Source: Archaeoglobus sp. JdFR-37
GTDB lineage: Archaea; Halobacteriota; Archaeoglobi; Archaeoglobales; Archaeoglobaceae
Reading direction: 5' to 3'
Length of the DNA stretch: 64,000 nucleotides
Assembly (NCBI GenBank): GCA_002010215.1
Contig: MTMY01000033.1
Location: forward strand, 1 to 64,000
Of this stretch, positions 39,048 to 49,310 are shown piece by piece. Position 1 is the first letter of the stretch, and every line of letters starts with the position of its first letter. Position numbers and translations under genes: made by a program. Below the pieces are notes generated by a model that did no database searches, had not been told where the DNA came from, and saw only the letters and a list, made by a program, of their open reading frames with translations.

Positions 39048-40043
39048 TCAAGTTTGGTTAACCTCGAAAAAGGTCAGTGATGACTGATATCTGTACCTCT
39101 GGGGACATTCAGTGAGCTTATCACCATCTTCTATTAAGCCATAGCGGAGGATCCAGTCGTATATCGGTTCTTCCTTCTTTTCCAGTACACTCACGATCGG
39201 GAAGAAGAGGGGTTTGTCGTACTGATCGACTCCAAATTGGCCAATTATCTTCTGACCTTCTCGGCTTGTTAGCCATTTGGCGAGCAGTATTGCCCCTTCA
39301 AAGTCCTTCTGGAACTTTTCCGGGTTGACGATTATTATGGCATAGATGTTTATCAGCTCCTCTCCTTTGTCAACGAGAGCTTCTAAGCTGATCAGACCGT
39401 CCTTTCTGAATTTCAGATATGTTCCAGTATCTGATAGAGTGTATCCGCCCACATTGTTGGCGTAGTTGAGCGTAGCCCCCATTCCTGTTCCGGTTCTTCT
39501 GAACCAGTTTTCTTCCTTGACCTCAACATAGTCAAAACCTGCCATTTTCCACAAAGCCTTCTCTTTTGTGTTAGTTCCGGATCCATCGTCTCTGGACACC
39601 CAGATCGCCTTCCCTGATCTGCCTGCCTCAGCAATCTTCTTAAGAGCTTCGACAGGTGAGAGACCCTTTATCTCTGCTGGGTCTTCTGGTGGACCCACTA
39701 TAACAAAGAAATTGTATGCGAAAATCTTTCTGTTCACTCCATATCCTTCTTCCATGAACTTTACTTCCTTGCTTCTGGCGTGCACCATTATTGCATCGCT
39801 GGCACCATTTTTAGCATCTTGAATTGCTGCACCGGTTCCTTTTGGGATGAAGTGGAGCTCTATCCCGTATTTTTCCTTGAATGCTGGAGCAATTGCCTCT
39901 TCAAGCAAACCAGTATCATATAGGCTAGTAGTTGTAGAGATTGTTAGCACTCTAGTTTGATTTTGATGCTGGACCTGCAATACCCAAGCAATGCTTATTA
40001 CGAATACTATTAAGAGTATGGCTACCAATACTCTTTTCATCAA
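39048..40043 (-). CDS. tupA: Tungstate ABC transporter substrate-binding protein
   Basis: TTTS.YDTGLL, GTG.A, SRDDGSGT..KE, YTLSD.GT. Confidence 0.9.
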   Translation of the reverse strand: MMKRVLVAILLIVFVISIAWVLQVQHQNQTRVLTISTTTSLYDTGLLEEAIAPAFKEKYGIELHFIPKGTGAAIQDAKNGASDAIMVHARSKEVKFMEEGYGVNRKIFAYNFFVIVGPPEDPAEIKGLSPVEALKKIAEAGRSGKAIWVSRDDGSGTNTKEKALWKMAGFDYVEVKEENWFRRTGTGMGATLNYANNVGGYTLSDTGTYLKFRKDGLISLEALVDKGEELINIYAIIIVNPEKFQKDFEGAILLAKWLTSREGQKIIGQFGVDQYDKPLFFPIVSVLEKKEEPIYDWILRYGLIEDGDKLTECPQRYRYQSSLTFFEVNQT

Positions 40044-40046
40044 CTC

Positions 40047-40074
40047 ACCGATATGTACGACTATGCATAACGAT
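40047..40074 (-). promoter_or_regulatory. ModE-type operator upstream of tupA
   Basis: Minus strand ATCGTTATGCA-N6-TACATATCGGT, resembling ModE consensus ATCGnTATATA-N6-TATATAnCGAT. Confidence 0.65.
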
Positions 40075-40195
40075 AAAAATATTTCGGTTGTTTATACATT
40101 ACTCCAGTTTCCGATCATTCTAGAATGTAGTGGATAAAACGTCTAAAGTATGCATATCGGTAATATTAAATACTGGACAGTTGAAAGCGTAGCAA

Positions 40196-40750
40196 ATGAT
40201 CTTTGAAGTGGATGAGATAAAACGTCGCCGCAAAAAACTTGGTATTACCCAGAAGAGGTTGGCGGAACTCGTTGGAGTGAGTCAGCCATTAATAGCGAGG
40301 ATAGAGAGTGGAGACATCGACCCAAAGCTATCTCTCGTCAAGAAAATTTTTGAAGTGCTTGAGGAGCTTGAAGGAAAGCATGTTACTGCCCGTTCAATAA
40401 TGAATTCTCCAGTCATTTCAGTCCCTCCTGACGCAAATCTCAGAGAAGCAATAGAGATCATGAGACGAGATAACATTTCTCAGATACCTGTTATGGATTC
40501 AGGCAGGGTTCTAGGAAGCATAACTGAGAGCTCGGTCGTCAGGATTATCCTTGCCAGAGGACTTGAGGGGGTTGAAAGCTTGAAAGTAAGGGAAGTTATG
40601 GAAGACCCTTTGCCGACTGTTGAGGCAGAGGAGAAACTAGAAACTATATCGAGAATCCTTCTTTCAAATCCGGCTGTTCTGGTGATGGAAAACGGTAAAA
40701 TAGTGGGAATTATTACCAAACACGACGTCATGAAGGTGATGGGTAAATGA
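40196..40750 (+). CDS. XRE-HTH + CBS-pair transcriptional regulator
   Basis: RKKLGITQ.RLA..GVSQPLIARIESG; two CBS repeats. Confidence 0.9.
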   Translation: MIFEVDEIKRRRKKLGITQKRLAELVGVSQPLIARIESGDIDPKLSLVKKIFEVLEELEGKHVTARSIMNSPVISVPPDANLREAIEIMRRDNISQIPVMDSGRVLGSITESSVVRIILARGLEGVESLKVREVMEDPLPTVEAEEKLETISRILLSNPAVLVMENGKIVGIITKHDVMKVMGK

Positions 40751-41367
40751 GCATGAAGCTGATTTTCTGGCATGGAATGGCAGATGAGGACAAAATAGAA
40801 TACCTCAAGAAATTTAGTGTGGCCATAATAGGAAGCAGAATGCTCATGGAGCTTCTCTGGAGGGGTGGGGTTGGCTGTATAAGGTATATTGGCGATTACA
40901 TAACCCCAAATGATGCCAGAATAGATTCAACAATTCACCCTCTTGAGGCCAATGACTATGATGTTGTTCACCCTATGAGTACAGATTCGTGTGTTATCAG
41001 CTACCCTTATCCTTGGGATTACAGAGAGCTCAAAAGGCAGTTGAAGGGAATAGATGTGGTTGTAGCTCACAAACATATGGAGGTGGCTGCCAGAATCGCT
41101 GAAGAGCTTGGCGTCCCCTTCATTCCGGACATCATCACGACCTTTCTCCCTGATGGCGTATCTTTCTTTGATGTAGAATATCCCCGGATCAAACTTGACC
41201 CCATCAGTTATGCTCTCACATGCTCAATTCAGGCCGGAGAGATCATGAGAATATTCACCGGATACCATCTCCCTGCCATTGCTCCAACAGCATATGTGGT
41301 GGACACACGAATAGAGAATTATTTAAAGAGGATTCAACTGAGGATTAGGGATGAAGGTGAAGATTAG
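40747..41367 (+). CDS. Degenerate ThiF/MoeB-like hypothetical protein
   Basis: LKKFSVAIIG...LWRGGVG.IRYI and CSIQAGE.MR..TG resemble E1-like fold ends; lacks GxGxxG. Confidence 0.5.
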   Translation: MSMKLIFWHGMADEDKIEYLKKFSVAIIGSRMLMELLWRGGVGCIRYIGDYITPNDARIDSTIHPLEANDYDVVHPMSTDSCVISYPYPWDYRELKRQLKGIDVVVAHKHMEVAARIAEELGVPFIPDIITTFLPDGVSFFDVEYPRIKLDPISYALTCSIQAGEIMRIFTGYHLPAIAPTAYVVDTRIENYLKRIQLRIRDEGED

Positions 41368-42307
41368 AACACCTTCCAGAATTCACATCAGTCTTATAGA
41401 CCTCAATGGCGCTCTCGGCAGAGTGGACGGAGGTGTGGGTTTAGCACTTGAAGAACCATTCATTGAAATAATTGCTGAGGAGGCAGACGAATCTGAAGGT
41501 GTAATTGTCGAAGGATCGAAAAACGAGCGGTATAGAGATGTAGCGAAGAAAGTTTCTTCTATTTTCAATTCTGGAGGTTTAAAACTCAGAGTTCTTCACG
41601 AATATGAACCACATATAGGACTTGGAAGTGGGACGCAAATCTCTCTTGCTGTGGCAAAGGCCTATGCGGAGATTTACAGGATTGATAAAAGTGTTGAGGA
41701 ACTAGCATACATAGTGGGTAGAGGGGGGACGTCCGGGATTGGCGTGGCAGCCTTTAGGGTAGGTGGTTTTGTTGTTGATGGTGGACACTCCAGAAACGAG
41801 AAAAAGGATTTTCTACCATCTTCTGCCAGCAAAGCGACACCGCCTCCCCTGATATCTCGACTCGAGTTTCCTGACTGGAAGATTTTTCTGGCTGTCCCCA
41901 GCAAGAAGGGGTTTTATGGTCACAAGGAGGTCAATCTCTTTCAAGAAAACTGCCCTATTCCCTTGGAAGAGGTCAGAGAACTCGCTCATCTAATTCTAAT
42001 GAAACTGCTCCCCTCAGTTGTAGAGGAAGATGTCCAGACTTTTGGCGATGCTCTGTGGAGGATTCAGCACCTAGGGTTCAAAAAGGTCGAAGTGGATCAA
42101 TATGGCGAGAAAATCTGGAATGTGATGGGGGAGGCAAGAGAAGTTTTTCCTGCTGTGGGTATGAGTTCAACAGGCCCCACCGTTTACTGCATCTCTGATT
42201 CGGGAAGAAAGAAAGATCTTGAATCTATATTTAAAGAGGCCGAAATGAACTTTGTGGTTTTCGAAACTGTCGCAAGGAACAGGGGGGCCGACATTGAGCG
42301 AATATAG
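41351..42307 (+). CDS. mptG: Beta-ribofuranosylaminobenzene 5'-phosphate synthase (methanopterin biosynthesis)
   Basis: PSRIH.SLIDLNG..GRVDGGVG, H.GLGSGTQ, GRGGTSGIG, DGGH, SSTGP. Confidence 0.9.
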   Translation: MKVKIRTPSRIHISLIDLNGALGRVDGGVGLALEEPFIEIIAEEADESEGVIVEGSKNERYRDVAKKVSSIFNSGGLKLRVLHEYEPHIGLGSGTQISLAVAKAYAEIYRIDKSVEELAYIVGRGGTSGIGVAAFRVGGFVVDGGHSRNEKKDFLPSSASKATPPPLISRLEFPDWKIFLAVPSKKGFYGHKEVNLFQENCPIPLEEVRELAHLILMKLLPSVVEEDVQTFGDALWRIQHLGFKKVEVDQYGEKIWNVMGEAREVFPAVGMSSTGPTVYCISDSGRKKDLESIFKEAEMNFVVFETVARNRGADIERI

Positions 42308-43076
42308 ACTCTGGTTTGGCATAGTGAAAAATGGCAAAATAACTCCAAGCGATGACTTCAAAAAATCTTTCCAGAACTGTGAAAACGCTGAACCACTGCC
42401 GTTTTCACCTTCAGAAGTTGGAATCAAGCATTTTGGGTCTCTCGATGCATATTTCTCAGCTCTGAGGAAAGTGGCAATAGATGTGGTAAAGAAGATAATA
42501 GAGCATGAGCTGAAAAGAGAGGACAGATATGCGGTTCTCTTACTCAAGTCTTTGGATGAACTAAATGAGACTATAAACCTGCTGGAGGAGAAGCTCAGAG
42601 ATCTGGAAGAAGTTAAAGTCAGTGAGGTAACGGAAAGCTTTAGAGACAGAATAGCTGAGCTTAAGAGGCTCAGAAGAGATGTGGAAAAGGAGATCGAAGC
42701 AATAGTTAGCAAAATAGCTCCGAACCTCACTGAGATTGTTGGAGCAGTAATTGCTGCTAGGCTGTTAGAAAAGGCAGGAAGTCTAAAAAGGCTTGCGGAA
42801 ATGCCTGCCAGCGCTATTCAGCTACTTGGTGCGGAGAAAAGCCTTTATAAAGCTCTCAGCAGGATGAAGAAAGGAAAACCAGCCAAGTTTCCAAAACATG
42901 GCGTGATTTTTCAACATCCTTTCGTAAGAACTCTCCCAAAAGCTAAACGGGGCAAAATGGCCCGTTTTATGGCAGCAAAGCTAGCAATTGCTGCTAGGCT
43001 GGATTATTTCAGCGGTGAACTGAATGAAGAACTCGCAGAAGCCGTTAGAAAGAGATATGAGCAGCTAAGGAGATAG
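42294..43076 (+). CDS. nop5: C/D box RNP protein Nop5 (Nop56/58)
   Basis: APNL..IVG..IAARLL..AGSL.RLA.MPAS.IQ.LGAEK, PKHGVIFQHP; start estimated at TTG 42294. Confidence 0.92.
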   Translation: MSEYRLWFGIVKNGKITPSDDFKKSFQNCENAEPLPFSPSEVGIKHFGSLDAYFSALRKVAIDVVKKIIEHELKREDRYAVLLLKSLDELNETINLLEEKLRDLEEVKVSEVTESFRDRIAELKRLRRDVEKEIEAIVSKIAPNLTEIVGAVIAARLLEKAGSLKRLAEMPASAIQLLGAEKSLYKALSRMKKGKPAKFPKHGVIFQHPFVRTLPKAKRGKMARFMAAKLAIAARLDYFSGELNEELAEAVRKRYEQLRR

Positions 43077-43090
43077 GTTGGGGAGATAGG

Positions 43091-43747
43091 ATGGATAGGA
43101 TGAAGGTCAAAGAAGTGCTTCACAATGTAGTTCTCCTAGATCGAAACGGCAGGAAAATTCTTGCAACTAAAAGCAGATACGCTCCTCATTACGGGGAGAA
43201 GAAGTATGGAGAGTTCAGAGAGTGGATGGCTTCAAGAAGCAAGCTGGCGGCGTTGATCCTCAAGGAGTACGTGCCTGAAATAAAAGAAGACTGGAAAATA
43301 CTGTACCTTGGTGCTGCAAGCGGTACTACAGTCAGTCATTTTGCTGATATTGTTGAGAAAGGAGTCATTTTTGCTGTAGAGTATTCAGCAAAACCTTTCT
43401 CAAAATTCTTGGAGTTGGCCATGGAGAGAAAGAACATAATACCCATTCTCGCTAACGCTCTGCAACCTTGGAAATACAGCGGAATCGTGGACAAAGTAGA
43501 TATGATATACCAAGATGTTGCTCATCCCGAGCAAGTGGAGATTTTTGAAAGAAATGCTGACTTCTTCTTGAAAAAAAGAGGAGAGGGACTCATAATGGTT
43601 AAAGCAAGGAGCATTGACTCCACCGCCGAACCCAAAGAGGTGTTTACTCGGGTTAAGCAGAGACTTAAGAGTAAGTTTAGAGTTCTTGCTGTTATTGACC
43701 TTGAACCTTACCACAAGGACCACGTTGCAATTCACATTCAGAGGTAA
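43091..43747 (+). CDS. flpA: Fibrillarin-like rRNA/tRNA 2'-O-methyltransferase
   Basis: [36 protein letters not shown]. Confidence 0.95.
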   Translation: MDRMKVKEVLHNVVLLDRNGRKILATKSRYAPHYGEKKYGEFREWMASRSKLAALILKEYVPEIKEDWKILYLGAASGTTVSHFADIVEKGVIFAVEYSAKPFSKFLELAMERKNIIPILANALQPWKYSGIVDKVDMIYQDVAHPEQVEIFERNADFFLKKRGEGLIMVKARSIDSTAEPKEVFTRVKQRLKSKFRVLAVIDLEPYHKDHVAIHIQR

Positions 43748-43779
43748 TTTTTTATCCTCAGCTTCCGTGGTGTTTTCAG

Positions 43780-44454
43780 ATGAGGCAGAGATTCGTTCTC
43801 GACACAACAGCCATAACTGATACTGGGATGAGGGTTCAGGAGGGTTTTGAAACCCTTTGCGATTCAGCCATGGCTATTCTCGATCTTATCGCTCAAGCCC
43901 GTCTCAAGCTGGATATCAGCTGTTATATTCCATACCCTACCGTTTACGGGGAGCTTGTGAGCTTTCTTCGTCGTTATGACTGCAATGACGAGGTATTTGT
44001 TAAACTCGATACATGGTTGGTGAAGAAAACTCCCAACAGGTATGAGGTCGCAATTCCAGCAGCAATTTTCTACGAATATGTTCTCACCATGAGGCAAAAA
44101 ATTAACAGAGGTCGAAGGGTTGCTGAAGAATTCATCTGGGAGAGTTCGACAGTAGCTTCAAAAATTGAAGATAAAGATGAGCTTCAAAAGGAAATTGGAC
44201 AACTAGTGAGTAAATTTAGAGATAAATATCGTGCCACATTACGACAGGGAATTCTTGACAGCACTCCTGACTTAGATGTACTACTCCTCGCGAAGGAGCT
44301 TGATGCAGGCGTTGTCAGTAGTGATGCAGGCATTAGGAAATGGAGTGAGAGAATGGGTTTGAGGTTTGTAGAAGCTAGCAAATTTCCAAGGATGCTGAAA
44401 GAGTATCTTGTTCTTTCGGAAGAAGGTTTAAAGGAGGGGAAGAGTATTGATTGA
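43780..44454 (+). CDS. RNA-free RNase P (HARP, UPF0278 PIN-like)
   Basis: [39 protein letters not shown]. Confidence 0.85.
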   Translation: MRQRFVLDTTAITDTGMRVQEGFETLCDSAMAILDLIAQARLKLDISCYIPYPTVYGELVSFLRRYDCNDEVFVKLDTWLVKKTPNRYEVAIPAAIFYEYVLTMRQKINRGRRVAEEFIWESSTVASKIEDKDELQKEIGQLVSKFRDKYRATLRQGILDSTPDLDVLLLAKELDAGVVSSDAGIRKWSERMGLRFVEASKFPRMLKEYLVLSEEGLKEGKSID

Positions 44455-45676
44455 GCGACCAAGAGGGACGAGAGATTTTCTGCCGGATGAGATGGAGAAG
44501 AGAAGAGCAATTGAAGTGAGATTTAGGGAGATTGCCGAAAGTTATGGCTATAGGGAGATTGCCACACCGACCTTTGAGCATCTGGAACTTTTCACTATAA
44601 AGTCTGGAGAGAGTATAGTAGAGGAGATCTACGCTTTCAAGGATAAAAGTGGGAGAGATCTTGCACTGCGGCCTGAGCTTACAGCCCCTGCCATGCGTTT
44701 GTTCATCAACGAATGTAGCGTTATGCCCAGGCCCCTCCGCTTCTACTATTTCGGCAATTGTTTCAGATACGAAAGGCCTCAGAAAGGAAGGTATCGAGAG
44801 TTCTGGCAGTTCGGTGTGGAGCTTATCGGCTCAGAGAGGGTTGAGGCTGATGCAGAAGTAATAATTCTTGCATATCGTATGCTTAAAAGCCTGAATATTA
44901 ACTTTGACTTACAAATAGGGCATGTTGGAATTTTGAGGAGTATTTTGGAGAATGTTGACGAAGAAAAATCTTCCAAAATCATGAGGCTCATTGACAAGAA
45001 AGACTATGATGGGCTGGCAAGTTACATGGATGAAGCCAAAATTCCAGAAGATGTTCAGGAGAACGTTTTTCAGGTTTCAGCACTTCATGGTGGCAGAGAA
45101 GTTCTGAACGAGGCTGAAGGGTTTACGGGTCGGGAAAATCTCCAATATCTTAATGGATTGTGCGATATTTTGGACTCCACCGAGATAGAATATACAATAA
45201 ACCTTGGAATTGCCAGAGGGCTGGACTATTACACAGGCATGGTTTTCGAAATTTACGCTGAGGGTTTGGGGGCGCAGAAGCAGATTTGCGGTGGTGGAAG
45301 ATACAGACTGGCACATCTATTTGGTGGAGAGGATGTCCCATCAACTGGCTTCGCCATCGGATTTGACAGAGTTTCAGAAATTTGCAAAATCAGTGCTGAA
45401 CGTAGAAAACTCGTTGTCATAGTGAATTTTCCCGACACCTTAAAAGAATCTCTCGAAATTGCTGAAAAGCTGAGATCTGCAGGTTTAAGGGTTGTGTCAG
45501 ATGTCATGGGCAGGAATGTTAGGAGACAGCTCTCCCACGCCAGCGATATAGGTGCCGATTATGCTATAATTGTTGGTAAAAAAGAGATTAATGAGGGTGC
45601 GGTAGGGGTAAAGGACCTTCATACCGGGATTCAGAAATCTGTAGCGATAAATGAGCTAACAGAATATTTGACTTAA
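44447..45676 (+). CDS. hisS: Histidine--tRNA ligase
   Basis: [40 protein letters not shown]. Confidence 0.97.
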   Translation: MIERPRGTRDFLPDEMEKRRAIEVRFREIAESYGYREIATPTFEHLELFTIKSGESIVEEIYAFKDKSGRDLALRPELTAPAMRLFINECSVMPRPLRFYYFGNCFRYERPQKGRYREFWQFGVELIGSERVEADAEVIILAYRMLKSLNINFDLQIGHVGILRSILENVDEEKSSKIMRLIDKKDYDGLASYMDEAKIPEDVQENVFQVSALHGGREVLNEAEGFTGRENLQYLNGLCDILDSTEIEYTINLGIARGLDYYTGMVFEIYAEGLGAQKQICGGGRYRLAHLFGGEDVPSTGFAIGFDRVSEICKISAERRKLVVIVNFPDTLKESLEIAEKLRSAGLRVVSDVMGRNVRRQLSHASDIGADYAIIVGKKEINEGAVGVKDLHTGIQKSVAINELTEYLT

Positions 45677-45745
45677 AATTTTTTAAAAAATAAAATTTTT
45701 AATAGCTTGTCCAAAAGGTTTAAATAGATGTAAGTTTATGACTTT

Positions 45746-46366
45746 TTGTCGGTGATTATAATGATTACAATAAGAATAAGTAAGCCTGGAATACTATTTT
45801 TGATGATGGCGGTGGCCATTTCAATATTTAGTTATGAACCAGTTCTGACACTAAGTGGAGAGATTACAGTACCTGATTTTTCTACATCCTCAACACCATC
45901 ATCTTTTCCAAATCAAGGGGGGAAAAACCTCTATGCTGATGAGGAGAACATTAGAATTCTGGAACGGTATGTCATGCAGTTCCTCAATATAGAGAGAGCA
46001 AACAATGGCCTTCCACCACTTCTGTGGAATGATCAGCTAGCTGAAGCTGCCAAAATGCACAGTACAGACATGGCGGAACGGAACTACTTGAGTCACTACT
46101 CACCAGAGGGAGAGGGTGTTGAAAATAGACTGAATAAGGTAGGGTATCGCTTTGCTGTAGCTGGAGAAAACATATTTGAGGCAACATATCTTGAAAACAA
46201 AGAACCAGTAGAACTTGCAAAGATTATAGTCACTGGATGGATGGAGAGCAAAGGACATCGATTTAACATCCTAAATAAAGCCTACGAGGAATGTGGTGTA
46301 GGTATCGTTTACGATAAGGACACGCATCGGATAATCGTTACTGCTGTTTTTGCTACCCCCCTCTGA
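45746..46366 (+). CDS. CAP/SCP-domain secreted protein (start uncertain)
   Basis: N.ER..GL.PL, HS.DMA...Y.SH, GENI, WM.S.GH..NIL; N-terminal hydrophobic segment. Confidence 0.85.
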   Translation: MSVIIMITIRISKPGILFLMMAVAISIFSYEPVLTLSGEITVPDFSTSSTPSSFPNQGGKNLYADEENIRILERYVMQFLNIERANNGLPPLLWNDQLAEAAKMHSTDMAERNYLSHYSPEGEGVENRLNKVGYRFAVAGENIFEATYLENKEPVELAKIIVTGWMESKGHRFNILNKAYEECGVGIVYDKDTHRIIVTAVFATPL

Positions 46367-47216
46367 TTTTTCTGAGGGTTTCATTTCTTTTATTTTCCCA
46401 AGATTTTCCATACAAGCCACTTAAACTCCGAGATTTTTCCAACAAAAGAGTCAGATACAGCCGAATTAAGGACTCATTAAATCGTACTCTGTTGGAACGG
46501 AATTAGTTTGTTGTTTTTTGCAAAGATGTGGATTTCTGGAGCAATTAACTGTGGATAACTACTATTATTTCAGACTCTCAACACTCACATTTCCGAATCG
46601 AGAGGTTAATTATTATATATATTTAATAAAATTAGTCAAATTATCTTCACAAGTAATTATTATTCTAAATTTGAATTAAATGTTTTGAATACTTAATATT
46701 TTGCAGTACGAAATAATCTTTGAATAATATTATCATTAAAATTTAAGTATTAGAAATTTTAATTTTAATCAAAATCTATTATTTTAATCACTAAAAGTAA
46801 TTATTCCAAATTTTTTGAAATAAAATTGCATTAGGATGGCCTAAAATATATGAAGTAAGCACTTTCATGCAATTACCCCCCCTTCAACACACAGCAACCC
46901 CCGTATTCACATGTTATTTGGAATAATTGAGTTCCTCAATTGCAGGTTTTTAGGGCCTCCTAAAATTCATCCATTCTACAAATTTTGGAATAATTATATT
47001 GCGCTATTTTAAGAATATTAATTTATTTTTGTAGCTTATACTCATACTACCGGATATATTTTGTAAAATATATGAAATTAATAGAAAATATAAATTAATA
47101 AATTTATTTTTTTACAAATAATACATATATTAAAACATTAAAATTTCTTTAGAATTATTATTTCTTCCCAAATTAAATTGGTCACAATGTGAGTTGTGAG
47201 TGATGGAATACATGAT
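46367..47216. other. 850-bp AT-rich non-coding region with nested inverted repeats between convergent genes
   Basis: No ORF >=60 aa; IR pairs 46799-46810/46984-46995 and 46831-46846/46948-46963 share centre ~46897. Confidence 0.6.
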
Positions 47217-48254
47217 TTAATACAGCATGTCTCCGATAAGAGAGCATCCACCACACCTAATACAACCAGCAGCACTCTTTTTGGGAGAGAGACCATATTC
47301 TTTCATTTTTTCCGCTGCAAATTTAGATAGTCTGATTAAATATTCTGGATCTGGAGGTCTTAGAGAGACATGAGGTGGGTTAAGAGGTGCTACAAATGGG
47401 ATAACACCAATAGAGGCGATAAGCTCTAAACCTGCCTTGGTAACGTTTTCACGTTCTCCTAGGCCTAGGATTATCCAAGAAGAGACTTGATTTTCTCCGA
47501 AAAGCTCAATAGCGTAATTCCAGCTAGCCATGTAGCTCTTCAAATCTTTCTTGGCTGGCACATGCTTAGCTCGAACATATGGGTCAAAAGATTCCGCATT
47601 GAACCCTACTGAGTCGGCACCGGCTGCATAAATCTCTTCGATCAAGTCATTTCTGATTGGTTCCAGCTGAACCTGTATGGGTATATCACAGCGTTCCTTG
47701 ATAGCTCTAACAGCTTCCGCAATATTTTTGGCAGTCACCTCCCTATCAGGGAAGGTTCCACTGGTCATTACAAGGTGACGATTTTTATCCTCTCGGTAAG
47801 CTTCTAGCACAATTTCTGCCAGAGTTTCAGGATCTTTGTTCCAGACAGGGTTGCCATGCTGAATGCTGCAAAAACTACATCTCCGTCCGGAACTCCAGTG
47901 AACGCATTTTCTCGATAGAGACGTAACAAGACACTCTAATCCATCCAGAGCTACATATTTATTGTATGGTATGCCCTCCCTAGTCTTTAACCGATAGTAC
48001 TTGGGATAAACTGGAAGTAACAATTTGGATATTTCATCCCCATTCTTTGTGAGTATCCATTCTCCATCCAGATTGATAATTTCGTAGGGAGAATAACTTC
48101 TAGGGGGTGCAGAAACTGTACTTCCTTTTATCTTGAAACCTATTCCAGCTATACCTCCTCCACCGCCTCTAAGCTTTTGAACCTCTCCTTTAACGCCCAA
48201 AGTCAGCAAGTCGGCCTTTAGTCTAGGGATATCCGCATTCTTAACATCTTCCAT
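47217..48254 (-). CDS. Radical SAM protein, MSMEG_0568/LipS1-like
   Basis: CVHW....CSFC, FG.NQVSS.IILGLGE, C-terminal AGCIRCGGCS. Confidence 0.7.
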   Translation of the reverse strand: MEDVKNADIPRLKADLLTLGVKGEVQKLRGGGGGIAGIGFKIKGSTVSAPPRSYSPYEIINLDGEWILTKNGDEISKLLLPVYPKYYRLKTREGIPYNKYVALDGLECLVTSLSRKCVHWSSGRRCSFCSIQHGNPVWNKDPETLAEIVLEAYREDKNRHLVMTSGTFPDREVTAKNIAEAVRAIKERCDIPIQVQLEPIRNDLIEEIYAAGADSVGFNAESFDPYVRAKHVPAKKDLKSYMASWNYAIELFGENQVSSWIILGLGERENVTKAGLELIASIGVIPFVAPLNPPHVSLRPPDPEYLIRLSKFAAEKMKEYGLSPKKSAAGCIRCGGCSLIGDMLY

Positions 48255-48269
48255 ATTTTTCCACCTAAA

Positions 48270-49208
48270 TTAAGGAATCTTAACTGCATCATCTGGTGAG
48301 TCGGAAAAAGATATCGCTGCAAGAGCACCAATAATTCCTCTCTCTCCCGTTACGGCTATTAGCTCAATATCGTTTCTCTCTGCCACATCTCTTGCGTAAT
48401 TTACATCCAGCATCTCCATCTTTGCCAGCTTTCCGTATTCCCTTAACTCTTCGTCAATTGTGATTTGAGTAGAGACAGCCATGGCGGTATCTTCACTGAG
48501 TGTTCTCTCTTCAAGCATACTTCCGAATTCATCCACCAGTGCCTCCACATCTTGGGTGGCGAATGTGACGGAAATGCTGACACAATTAGTGGTTTTATAT
48601 GGATTGTCGAGATAGAGTTGAGTGATAGTGTGTAGCAAATAAATGCCCAGCCCATCTTTTTCAAGTTTGTAGGCTATTTCATTAACCAGTGACCATGTGG
48701 CTCCGCTTTCTTTGGTATCAGTATCATCAACACCAATTACAACCTTTTTCATGGCTGGAACAACGAGTTTCGCCTTTCCGAGCTTCCCACCGCCCCCTTC
48801 TTGAATTATTTCGATGCCCTTCACACCTTCAGCCATTCCCCTGCATACTGTCGCAGCAATACCTCCCCCAGCCAGACCAGCATAGGTTATCTCTATATTC
48901 TCCCCATTGATTTCAGCCATCTCCATGCCAGCTCCTGCAACTCCAGGAATGAGATTGAGCTCTGCTCTTCCAGTTCTTACCACAAAAATATTCCTTGATC
49001 CTTCCCGTCTCGCTCCCAAAACCAGATTACTAACTCTGGGATAGTGATAAACCTCCCATGCGGCTCCGCCGCTGCATTTATTTCGGGCATGAAATTCGTG
49101 CAATTCTATGTACTCTCCATCAGTCATGGCAATTATCCTCTCATATGGTGATATCCAAGGAATATCACCGTATCTCCTGATGAGTTCGCTTTTGCTCATT
49201 AACGACAT
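48270..49208 (-). CDS. Methanogenesis marker protein 11-like (DUF1743/TiaS-related)
   Basis: PYERIIA, C.GGAAW..HY, ITYAGLAGGG, CRG.AEGV, IGVDDTD..E.GATW, KTTNCVS. Confidence 0.8.
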   Translation of the reverse strand: MSLMSKSELIRRYGDIPWISPYERIIAMTDGEYIELHEFHARNKCSGGAAWEVYHYPRVSNLVLGARREGSRNIFVVRTGRAELNLIPGVAGAGMEMAEINGENIEITYAGLAGGGIAATVCRGMAEGVKGIEIIQEGGGGKLGKAKLVVPAMKKVVIGVDDTDTKESGATWSLVNEIAYKLEKDGLGIYLLHTITQLYLDNPYKTTNCVSISVTFATQDVEALVDEFGSMLEERTLSEDTAMAVSTQITIDEELREYGKLAKMEMLDVNYARDVAERNDIELIAVTGERGIIGALAAISFSDSPDDAVKIP

Positions 49209-49310
49209 ATCAGCTCACGATTTTATAATGCAAAAACCAACCTAAAAAAGGTTTATGTAACCCCGTTGTGTAGCGGGAGTGTATCAAGAGGAGATGAGGG
49301 AGGTGTCATC

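Noticed and set aside
46550..46558. TGTGGATAA, a perfect bacterial DnaA box
   Set aside because: Single copy in an archaeal genome; chance match
46367..47216. Calling the AT-rich region oriC or a CRISPR leader/array
   Set aside because: No canonical ORB (TTCCAxTGGAA plus G-string), no cdc6 nearby, no regularly spaced direct repeats; kept only as an open hypothesis
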